From Dimorphilus gyrociliatus (lineage: Eukaryota; Animalia; Annelida): DNA of 64,000 bases. Under the pieces are notes generated by a model. That model was given only the letters and a program-made list of their open reading frames with translations, had not been told where the DNA came from and did no database searches. Of this stretch, positions 1 through 11,996 are shown piece by piece (positions within the stretch are counted from its first letter, which is position 1; each line of letters begins with the position of its first letter). Location of the stretch: assembly GCA_904063045.1 (NCBI GenBank), contig CAJFCJ010000025.1:930001-994000 (forward strand), written 5' to 3'. A program made the position numbers and the translations under genes.

Positions 1-2327
1 CACTCATTCTATCATAAAAAACATCACAAATTCAATTGCCTACGTTGTCTCTTCCACAGAAACCATTCTTTGCATCTTCTGCAGCAGAAACCCGTTAAGA
101 TTCTACCAGCTCTTTTGTAACAAATTTAAAGTTTGATAAGAAAATTACGAACACGGAGCATCTTCTCCCATTCGACTTTGTTTTTTTGTTTATTTTCTTC
201 TCTTCTCTACCTTATTCTACTCTCTTTTTCTCTAATATAATATTTTATTCCACTTTTTCATTTTACTATATTTCTCTTTCTCTCTTTTCCGTCCTTGTCT
301 TTTCCAATCTCCTCCTTTTTCACCTTCCCCCTTCTCATCTTTCTAATTATGTTAGACTTGCGAATATAATTATTGGGCGCATTGCCAATTGAATAGTTAT
401 GAAAAGTTGATAAGATTTTAAATTGCATAATTCCCTAAACGGATTATGAAAGAATAGAATATTTAGGCATAGTCTACTAATGACTTTTGATCTGACGTCA
501 ATAGAGACAGATCATGAGAGATGAAAATGAGAGAATTTACGTCTATTACGTAATCTACGTAGAGATTATCCCTCATCACCTTTTAACCCTAGACTAGTGG
601 AGTGAGCATATCTAACACGAATATATAAAAAAATAGACGATTGCTAGGAGATAAGTATTTATTTATCCTTTGGCTTTTATAGCAATGTTAAAAATCTAAA
701 GAGGAAAACCGAGAGAACGAAAAGAATAGGAGATTTATTAAACGAAGCTTTAGTGGTCAGCTTGATCGCCTCTTTCCCAGTCTTAATTTTTGTTCATTAA
801 AATTCTTTCCTTCTCTTCCTCTCTCTCTCCTTTTTCCCTTTTTCAGCTTTCCCTCGCTATTTCAATTATTCCTTTTGTATACCAATTGTCAATTTTACTT
901 TTGTTTCTTACTAAAAGTGATTTCACTTAAAGAAACAGGAAAAAAAGATTCTAATTAACTAACCGTTAAAGAAATAATGATAATATTATTCAAAGATTTG
1001 CTTTGAATAAAAAATGAGTGGTTGATTAGCAGAGAATATGAAGTAGCATAGATTATATCGATGGAAACATTAGATAAACCTAAGAAGAGTTTTAGAGAAA
1101 GGAAAAGTGATAAAAATTCAACTCTGTAACGAAAATGATTACAATGGAGATGATGATGATGATGATTATAAAATGGCGAATTTCGTTCTTGTTTGATATA
1201 CTGGAGCACGTTTCTCTTTCCTTTCAATGAACCTCCAGCACGTAGCCTCTTCTTCCTTTACAATCTTTTCATCGTGTTCGCTTTTCTTACGATGGGAGTG
1301 AATCGAAGCAGAATAAATAGGACGCTTTTATCTAACAACGACATAAACCTTATACTTTTCCTTAAATTGGATGCATCCGACTATTTTTATAGAATTTATT
1401 TGACGATCCAAGCAAAAAAGGAAAAAAAACCAAAAACCTAGTTAAATATAGTTTTACCGTTTAAAACGTTAATCCAGGATTCATAGAATTATTACGCAAT
1501 TCTTTACTTAACTAACAATATACAATATAGAAATATATCAAAATTGTATATCATGTCGTATATTTAGCTGCCGAAGCTAAGATTTGGTCTGCATCATCAC
1601 ACTTGGAATTTTATTTAAAATTGGGTAATGGAATCGTTTATACGGATATATATATATATATATACAGTTTATATATATATACATATATATATATACTGTA
1701 CATAGTATATATGTACTTAGGCTATTGTTCAATACATGCTCGCTACATGCATATTTGAAAATTGGATTACATAACAGTAATAAATAATAATTTTTAATTG
1801 ATGAAGGCTTCGTACAGTTTCTAACATTCAAGTCTCCTTTGTTTTTCATCTGTTGTCTGATAGTTTTTGTTTGTTCTTGAATTTGTATACAAACAAATAA
1901 ATAAAGAGCAAAGGAAAGATAAATTCATGAATTGTTTAAAAAAATGGAGAAGAAGAAGAAGAAGAAGAAGAAGAAAGAGAAGAAGAGAATTAAAACAAAA
2001 AGTATATATATAGAAAAAGCATAGATTGAAAATTGAATAGGGATAAAAAAAATTGTCTCTAAATTGAATTTTATTTACTTGTTTCTTTGTTGTTTTGTTT
2101 TTGTTGTTTGGTTGTTGTTCTTTATTTTATATTGTGCTATTTGAATAATAAGTAAATCTTGTGAAAATATACTTTTCTTTCTTTTTCTTCTCATTTTTTA
2201 TAGTTTTTTTTTTTAAAGAAAAAAAAAACAAACTGTTTGAAGCGAAAAAAATTAGAACTGATTGTTCATTTTTTTTACATTTGAAAGTAAATATTCTCTT
2301 TACAACATCAACATACAGTTATATTCC

Positions 2328-2825
2328 TTATTTGGTACTCCTTCCGATTCTGACAAAACTGCTCATTGGTCTCTTACCAATTCTGACGAATGAGCTCATT
2401 CTCTTTTCTTTTTCGTCGTCAAGATTTACGTTCTTTCCAATTCTAACAAAACTGCTCATTCTCTTTGCTTTCTCATTCAATCCATCATCTATTCCTACAA
2501 AATTATTCATTTCCTTTACCGGTTGGCTCTTTCCAATTCGTACGAAAGAGCTTAGTCTTTTTTCAGGATTTCTGCCAATTCTTACGAAGGAGCTTAAAGC
2601 TCGGCCAATCCTAACAAAAGAAGATAGAGCTCGTTTACGTTCGTTCAAATCTTCGGATTGAAGATGTTTTAAGATTTCAGTTTCTTTCAAATCGCATTCC
2701 TTAATACAAGCTGCAGCTTCGGCCGTGGGAAAATTTGCCTCGCATATATCGGAGCATAAGGTTTCACAATTAGTGTGCGTGGAAGCCAACAGGACAAGGA
2801 GGATTGATAATGTGAATTTAAGCAT
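2328..2825 (-). CDS. FVRIa: FVRIamide (FXRIamide) neuropeptide precursor, 165 aa, single coding exon
   Basis: Signal peptide MLKFTLSILLVLLASTHT, a Cys-rich pro-region, then six SSFVRI-G-K/R copies (ALSSFVRIa x2, LSSFVRIa, MSSFVRIa x2, PMSSFVRIa) flanked by basic sites. A splice acceptor (ctacag|GA ATG) lies 2 nt before the ATG, so the 5'UTR is spliced. Confidence 0.95.
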   Translation of the reverse strand: MLKFTLSILLVLLASTHTNCETLCSDICEANFPTAEAAACIKECDLKETEILKHLQSEDLNERKRALSSFVRIGRALSSFVRIGRNPEKRLSSFVRIGKSQPVKEMNNFVGIDDGLNEKAKRMSSFVRIGKNVNLDDEKEKRMSSFVRIGKRPMSSFVRIGRSTK

Positions 2826-5614
2826 TCCTGTAGTGAAGTAAGCATTTATAAATTACATACTATTACCCTCTCTATTATGTTAATGTCATTAAAGAAATAC
2901 ATATATATATGCAGTATATATACAATATGTATATCTACAATTTATCTAAGATAGACCGTATTGGTATATATAACTTGAATGCTATATATAGATAAAAATG
3001 TTATTAATGCATGAACTCTAATATCATATGTATATATACTATACACTTATGATTAATTTAGGTCTATTATAATTTTGTCCTTATGCTAGGGAGAGAGTGT
3101 GAGCGAGAGGGGCAAGGAGACAGAAAAGAAAGGAAATGAATATCAAGTCAGTTAGATAAGTAAATAGATAGATAGATTGTTAAAGACAAAAAGAAAAAAA
3201 ACATGAAAAAGCTAGTTAATTTTCTAAATCTGTAACGGTTCAGCGATATTTCCTTTTTCCCTCTGTCCGTCTCTCTTTTCATTCCTTTCTGCTGGATTAA
3301 AACAAGTAAAAATACTCGACTATCTTTTTTCTCAGGCAATAGAAAATCTGGAGAAGGAAGGCCTACTCATAACGAGGGTTTGTAAATGATAGAGTGTTTT
3401 TACGAATTCATTAGTAATCTTATACAATATTTGTAAGAAATACTTCCCAAAGAATTTATTTGTTAACGTCTATATTTCCTTAATATTCTAAAATAAATAA
3501 TTTTAAATAATTGAATAAAAAGAAATTAAAGAAGACAAAGGTAACAAATAATAAAGAGGAAATAGAAAAATATTAATTTCGTTAGGTGAGCTTTAGGAAA
3601 AATGAGTAGATGCTAATATTGACAAACAGAACATGTATTGTAGAAAAGTTTGGCTATTGGAAATCCTTAAATCTAACATTTATACCATTTAAACCTATTG
3701 AAAAAAAGCTAAAATCTTAGTCCATTTTGGTCTGTCACTTTGGATAAAACCCGTCGCCTCATCCACCCCAATTAACCTTGTAATAAGTTAAGAGATGTTT
3801 GTGGGAAGGGGGAGGAAAGGGGGAGTGGATATTTGCAAACAATTGAGATATTATATATCTTTTCCCTAAGTATATACATAAAGAAAACGGAATATAAATG
3901 GGCAAAATACAAGAAAACTCCTCGATGTGGCACGTAATCGGGTCAATCAGAAATTTTTACTAAAACCAAAAGGGTCAAGAAAGCAAACTAGCAGCCTAAT
4001 TTCTTCCAAATATATTCAGATAAAGCTCTTTTTCAATACTGTCTTCAATTCGTACAGCAGAAACCTTTTAAGTTAGCCTTTTCCATGATTGGAGAAAGTC
4101 AATTTATTTGTTTCTGTTTCTCTGTATAAGGTATGTTAAACAAAAAAAAGAGAGAGCATACTTCCATCCTTGAAATGAAATTTACGTTTAATCAAAACAC
4201 TTCGGCTAACATAATTAATCGATTAAATTAAAAAATTATCATTGTACTCTTTTCATTCTAATAATTTACACTATTTAAGAAATGCAAAAAGGATTGAGTT
4301 TTTTGTGTTTGTCGTCTTAATCTTGTGGCAATGAGCTTATTCTTAGGCCTGACTTTGACAAACTATCAAACAAACTATGAAATGCTTGCTGTTATCTAAT
4401 GTCAATAGCTCTCGTTGAATGTTGTATAGGTTATAACGAAAAATAAATTTACGATATGAGGCTATCGTTCTCTTATTGTTTTCTTTTTCTTAAAATGTAA
4501 CTGACTCATTGTGTCTTTACACTTTCCTGAAAAGCATAGATATCACCTCTCGCATAATCCCTGCCTATTGTAACAAAAATCTTATTCATATTTCTCTAAT
4601 CAACACCAGGTGTTTAATCAAAGTCAAAATTCTATACAAAATTCATTGTAAAACAGCAATAAAGTATGGAAAAATATCCATTCTTACCTTCCCAAGGGAT
4701 TAAATAGTAAATTAATCCAACTTTAATATTTATTTTTAATATTTCCAATTAATTCCTTTCTTTCTTTTTAGTTAACTAAACGACAACAGATTAAAAGAGT
4801 GACGAAAAAGACTTCTTTACTCTTTTTTTTTTCAATAGAAAGCCAATTTTAATCCTTTGATTGTTTAATAAAAATTGCCTTAATTTCTCATTACTTGTTT
4901 ACCTGATTGAGCGGGAATATTTGTTATTATTTCCTGTTACTTCTCATTTTAACACTCTCTCTTTCCATCTCTCTCCCTCTCTCTCTCTCTCTCTCTTTCC
5001 CCTTCCCCCGCTCTCTGTTCCCACTAAACGTTCCAGCACAATGAGCTTTAACTTTCCTCGAAAAAAAGGCCTTCGAACCGTGTCTTCTTTAACTAAACTC
5101 ATGTTATCTAATAGCCCTGAACAAGATTTTTAATAATAATTTTACTAATGGTAAATATTTCAGACTGGGCAGGGGAAAGAAAAAAAATATACAGCTATAG
5201 TTAAAGGTTCGCTTAGGTTAATTATTTAATATCAGCCTCCTTTTTCTGTCTATTTGCTTAGCAATAAATATGAGACAAGTTACATGAATGCGAGGAAGAA
5301 AATAAAAATGACGACAAGACTAAGGTAGGGAAGAAGGAGTGGAATAGAGAGAGGGAGAGAGAGAGAGAGAGAGAGAATGCTAAATGTTACAGATATTGCA
5401 GAAGAAAAAGTAAAAAAGATGTTTTATATATTACAGTATATCCGTTAGTAATAGATATCGATTTGGTAACAATCGTAATAGAAAAATATAGAAAGTAAAA
5501 GAAAAATTATCCTTTCTTTTGGAGACGGTTAAATAAAATTAGTCTTAAATGATATTTAAAGTGCTATACGTTGTACTGTATATAGAAGGAAAAAACAAAT
5601 TAATCATTACTAAC

Positions 5615-5708
5615 CTGCGGCCAAGTCTAAGAGAACAAACTCACGTCCAAGGCGAATATGGCAATGCCGAAGTAAGAAGCGTCGCGCTTATATATGCCGA
5701 TGGCGTCA
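5615..5708 (-). promoter_or_regulatory. Putative core promoter and non-coding first exon of the FVRIamide gene
   Basis: Minus strand: TGACGCCA (5708-5701), TATATAAG (5694-5687), Inr-like gCATTg with A at 5665 (29 nt from TATA), then donors gac|GTGAGT (exon end 5645) and cag|GTTAGT (exon end 5615). The nearest downstream coding acceptor is 2828. The link to FVRIa is inferred. Confidence 0.55.
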
Positions 5709-8700
5709 GCACATTTGCTAAGCGATAAGGGAGCGATAGCTGTGGAAATCTATTTAAATACTAATTACAGTGTATTTACACTATCAATTTAATTTTCTAT
5801 TCGGTCTTGTTTGTCAATGGTTTAATTTTCACTTTGCTCTTTTATTAACTAATCCACTATATAGAAATTAATATGTTTACCGAAATATTTTTTTTTCCCA
5901 CCCCCTTAATTTTTCTTTTGCCTTTTCTTTCATTTTTTCTTCCTTCTTTCTTACCATCTTTGCCGCCCTCACCATTCTCTCTTTCTTCTTTTTCTTTTCT
6001 TAATGTTGTAAAGTTAAAGCTTTAATATTATTTGGGAATGTTCGATTTTTTTTCTCTATTAAATGACAAGTATCAGTCCTAGTGTATAAATTATGCTTTT
6101 TACCGCAAGATTAACTAATAAGCTCTATTCTGTACCCCTATTCATTATACGAAAGTCGAACGTGCTTTTCTGACAGAACCTTGAACAAGAGTTATGGTTT
6201 GAGAGTTAAAAGGAGAGACAAATGAACAAATGCCAATCTTGTTCATTGAGAAAAGAAACGGGCCGTATAGGAAGAGGGAGGGAGTAGACATATTTCCAGT
6301 TTGCATATGCCTCAAATCAATAATGAATTGTGAATATTGAAATAGAAACACTTTAGATAACAAGTTTGTGTGCACAACTAATCAACAAAACCTTAATAAA
6401 GTTCATTAAGTTCGTCCTAAGCGACACACGAGCCTCACTTAACCAGAATAGGAAATTAATGTTTGTTATGTCATCGCAACCACTTCTGTAGTCGATTATC
6501 GACTTAATAAAAATTCCACGTATTAATATAATCTTGAAGAATATAGTTTTCTTTCTAAATATTCATAGCCGTAATAGATTTGGTAGGATAGATAGAAGAG
6601 AAACCGGAAATTGAGACATTCACATGGAAAATAAGATCTAAATTGTTACCCAAGGGATATCCTATACTATGTAAAAATAAGCTTTACGTAATACCTTAGT
6701 GTTTAACTTTATTCGCTAAACATGTTTAGACTAATTGATAAATCAGACGTTAAGCCCATAACTTACGCACACATATACACATGTATAAATCCGACCATAT
6801 ACCATATACACATACAGACATGTATATATTTATATGCTATAGTATATATGCTATATATATATAAAGTATATATTTATATACACCTTCCTATCTACTTTTA
6901 CTGTGTTTAATATGATTGAACATGTATTATAATTTATGTTCTCTTCTTGTTAAACAAGCTTTTTAATTGGATGTTGAAAATTGTACAGTAAATATTTAAC
7001 CGTCTATTTTTAAGTTGTTTCCTCTATTCATCATAGAGATATAACTGTCCAGCCGACAGTAAAGATGAAAATAAGTTTTCTTTCAAGAAAAGGGGATCAG
7101 CATTTTTTCAATTACGAGCCGTTATCTTTTCTTCCTTCTCGAATAATACTTATGATTTCGTTCTGAATCATTTCCATCTCCCTCCTCTTTTTCTACCGCC
7201 CGCCTCTACTCCCAAACTGCTTCGCTTAACTTTCACAATCATTTGACAAAAGATATGAATTGCTTTCAAATCAGATTTGTATAAACAACTTAACTGAAGA
7301 TTATTCATTCGAAAAGTCGAGAATTTTACTTTTGACGCTTTTTCTATAGATTTGCATAATATAATTTTGTGTTTTCCTCCACAATCCTAGTTTAAGGAAA
7401 GGATTAGCTAATCTAAAGAGAGAAAAATGATTTTCCTTGGATAATATTTTTTATTTGACCGAGAGGAACAAAAATTCACTCCGTTCACTCAGTTCTTTCA
7501 AAGATAAATCTTGTTTACATCTATTTTGCTACCCAATTTTCCCTTGGTAACCTCCTTGTTTTAGGGTGAATTAAAGTGATGATAATTGACAGATTGATTA
7601 TTATTTTCGCTTGAAAGGTCAAAGAAGAGTGTAAGTTTAATATTAAAAATCCATGATATTAACAGTTGAAAGATGTCTTTTTTACGAAATTTCCCTATTG
7701 AATTAATTGGCAAAATTCTAATGTCCAATTTTATTCAGTACTCCATTAATAAACAAATTCCTATAGAAAATTTATTGTATATTAAACTATATCATTTGCC
7801 TAAAGTATTGTAAATTCAATAATTACTCTATTTTAGCAGTAAAGTCCATTAACTATGATAATTTAAGATCGTTTAACTATTTGGTGCCTCGATAAATATT
7901 CTGAAATTTAATCATTCCTTAGCGAGATTGCTTTTGTCCCAGATTGCTTTAAAATTGATAGAATATGTTTAAAAAGACGCTATAAGTCTACACTTTAAGG
8001 CTATAATTTTCTTTACAGCCATAATAGCAATCTTTTCGATACGGTTGAAGTATCAAAACAACAAACACAGTGTTTCATTCTTACGTACAACAGCCCCTCC
8101 CCCTTCTTTTTTTTTCTTTCACTTGCTTCCTTTTTCCTTCCCACCCCCTGTTTTTTCTCTCCGTCTCCCTGCTTGCACCATTTTCTCGCCCACTTTTTTG
8201 AATTTTATTGCCAATAAAAAGAAAAGGGTAACGTTGACGAATTTTCCATATAAAACAAAAAAAGGATGTATACTTCATATAATAAACATGCAAAAAGAAA
8301 GATGAATTACAAATAACAATTCTGTTTGTTATAGTGCATAGTATTTCTATTTTTGTATAAATAATTTATTATCTCATGTTATATAACTAAAACTAACCTA
8401 GTTTTCTTAATATTTACATTAGACGCCCTCTCTCTATTTTTTTACTTTGCTTTATACTCTTCTTCTCATCTGGATTGTTCAATCTTCCCACCAAACGTGA
8501 AATGTTGTAGGCGAGAGAATTGTAAACAAAAGGTATTACTTGTAAGAATTTGTTTAAAGTCAATTGTTTGACAGTTTTTAATAGATAAATTTGTGGTTGA
8601 GCGTCTATGAAGAACAGAATAAAAAAAAGAGCAATTTTTACATGACAAAGCCATCTGTTGTTATACTGTTTTGTAACTTTTATCTGCCTTTCTTCTTTCC

Positions 8701-9255
8701 TTTTTGTTTTTTAAAAAAAAAACATAACACCCTTTTTCTACCTTTTTTTCTTTCCAATATTTCCTAGGAGACTTTTTTAAATCTTTCAATAATGATACGT
8801 TAGAGGCCTATAAATCCGATTTTTTCTACTTTACACCAGAATTAAGTGATTAGGGGAAAAAATTGATTTTAGCTAGTCTTAATAAACAGATATGGATAGC
8901 GAGAGAGACAGAGAGAGAGAGAGAAGGTTTTTCTCTTTTCACTATTATCAAAGTAAAAGCTTACTTTTTAGAGAATAAGGTATATAATGTAGCTCATGTA
9001 CTGCATTTAGGATAGCGACGGATAGCATCTAAAACAGAGAAAGCGCTAAGAGATATATAGCAAATTAGCTTGGATTGTTGTGTAAACTTGATACGAATGT
9101 CGAGTACTCGATTATTCATTAATTGAGCACCTTTCGTAGTCGTTACTGATAACAATAATCTTAATTATGAGAAATGAAGAGAATTTTACCGGATGAATTA
9201 GATCAACTTGTCAATAAGCGAAAAAAAAACCTAAACGCAAAAGAACGAATGGAGA

Positions 9256-9258
9256 GAA

Positions 9259-9317
<59 letters not shown>

Positions 9318-9340
9318 AAGAAAGAAAGAAAGAAAGAAGA
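9256..9340. repeat. Compound (AG)n/(AAAG)n microsatellite
   Basis: Directly visible; representative of many AG/CT tracts in the window. Confidence 0.9.
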
Positions 9341-11996
9341 GTACTAACATAATCAAATAATGAGCAAAGATGTCAACTTTTAAGTGAGAATATCGTGACA
9401 AATTATATGACGTTTTTTTTGTCAATTAACGATAGATTACCTCTGAGAAAGTTAGAAACTAATTGGCTGTTGCTAGGACTATTTTAAAAGTTAATTTTTT
9501 AATTTGGTTGAGTAAAAAATCCCGCCTTGAGGTAATTGTCACATTATAAGTCTTTCAGCACTTAGTACTGGAGACGCTCCGTACAAAGATATTGGAAAAT
9601 TACATAGCAAGGATACGAGGATGTCATTTTACGCAAAATTTGTTTTTCCCCTCTTTACGGTTAAACTAACGACGGCAGCACACTAGTTTCTTTTTCCTTT
9701 CTCTTTGTTTGTATTTTTTTGCCGTCCTTATCCTTTCATTGTTAGATGGCGAATGAAGAAGAGGAATCTCTCTTCTCTCTCTCTCTCTTTCTCTCTCTCC
9801 CTGTCTCTCCATATTTATTTATAATGTATTACAGAGCGTTTAAAGTCATATTGGCTACATAGGCCTAATAGTATTATTATATAATATAGATATTTTACTT
9901 TTAAACTTTATTAAAGGTACGGAGGAAAAACGTGTATAAAAATTTATCCGATTTTCTACACCACTTGTTTGACAGCAAACGGAACAGGTTCAATCGTTAG
10001 TTCACACTATGGATTTGTTTGCAGAACATACATTTATTTTCCTGTAAGTCTGATAAATAGATTCGAATACTGTTTCATCGGCTAAAGTATTACGATATCT
10101 CTATTTGAATAGACTTGCGCCATTTCCGGTCTTTTCTATAATAAGAATCATAATCTTTATTTTGCGGGAAAAGCTAATTAATCACGTCTTAAAATAAAAA
10201 CGATATAGTTTTTAAAGTAGCTATTATTTAAATATGGAAATTCCTTTTTCCTCGTTTCCTTGGCTGTAAAAGAAAAACAGGAAAATACTCTACTTTTCTA
10301 AACGATCTACCACTATGCCGCATTCTCTAATATTGACTAGTCTTGGAAGAAATGGCTTCTTCCCTAATTGCTTATGCCATATTGACATGATTTTCTCTCC
10401 AAAAGACCAACAAATCATTGGTTCGATTAATTTATTTCTCTATTTTCCTTTTGTCCCCGTTGCATTCCTTACCGTAACTGTTGTTCTTTCCTCCCATGAA
10501 TAGATTATAATACTAATAATATAAAAGCTCTTTACCTAATGTATCGTTTAAGAAGGAACTTTAACTAGATAAGGACAGAAGAGAACAAAAATTATCAATT
10601 ATATTGTTTTTTATTCATTTATTTAAATTCTTTCGCATAACAAAACATAAATCTAAAATTTGTTGTTTACAATTAAAACTAACCATTAGGATATAAATAA
10701 CTATTTTTTCCTATTTGTCATTAACCAATTGAGCAGTAGCAATATATGATTATATGACTATGATATGTTATATGCGATTTTAATACGACATTAGATAATC
10801 TATTGCTTCTAATATTATTCTTTAATTGAAAAGATTATTGAACGAGCAGAAGCGATAAGAACGGAAGAAAGAAAAAAAGTAATTAAATCAATTGATTGAT
10901 TGATTGATTTTTCAACTTTTAAAGAATATATCCTGTTTACTATTCATAGCAGAATTTATATAGAAAAAGAGAGAAAAGGTGAGTTTGTATAAGATGCTTA
11001 TAAACAAAAGTGTACGATTTCAAGTTGTTATAGATTAAATTGAGCTAACGAACGATTAAATTTTGAACGGTTTCATAAGTCAATTATTAAATCGAACATG
11101 GAAAATTTTGCAATATTAAGATATTTTTTGATATAATTTTATACAGACTGCGAATCTATAATCATAATCCCATTTTCTTCTAACTAAACGGTAAATAATT
11201 AAAAATATTTTTTTCTGGGAGAGAAGATTTAAAGATATTGAATTTTTTTTCTATTTTGTTTTCTTTTTTTCTTTCCTCCATTTTCTTCTTCTTCTTTTTC
11301 TTCCTCTTCTCCTCCTTTTTACCTAGTTTATTGTTATACTTCTTCTTTATGAGATTTTCTCAATCTTTTGAACCAACCGCCCCTGTTGTTTTTGTAAGAA
11401 AATAACTTAGAAAAATTAGTACAACACTATAGAATGTTGTGATGCTTTAATCACATCTGTTACTTATTAAAAAGCCATTCCATGCTATACAGCATATATA
11501 TATTAGTATATACAGTATATTAGTATATAAATAAAAGTATATAAAATATTATCCATTAAGTTTCTACCCTTTAATTAATGGTTCTACGTGCCATAACAAC
11601 ACTCCAAACTTTTCCTTTGAAAAAACGTTCCTCGTATTCTAGTTTATTTAATCTAAATCAATCTCTTTCTTTTGTTCTAAATTGTAACCTTTCTTTCGTT
11701 TGTTATATCTTTATCTATACCTGTCTTCGTTTATAATGATAATAACAATAAACGATACAATAGACACCCTAACTTTTATATTCACTCATTTTCTTATTCT
11801 TTAATTTTCAATCAATTCTCTTTAAGAGCATAATTAAAACTATATCATCTCTATCACTCTCTTTAGATTAGATAGAGTAGTTAAATACAATTCTATTAGT
11901 TATTTTTTTCTTTCTCTTTCTCTCTCTCTCTACGTTGTAGATGGCGTTTATATAATTATCGCCATCTGTTGTATATAATTGGAAAACGTATTATTT

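Noticed and set aside
1-170. Possible exon at the left edge, open on both strands
   Set aside because: Too short; strand and family cannot be decided.
2161-2661. 166-aa plus-strand ORF with PILTK repeats
   Set aside because: Antisense shadow of the SSFVRIG repeats; non-ATG start.
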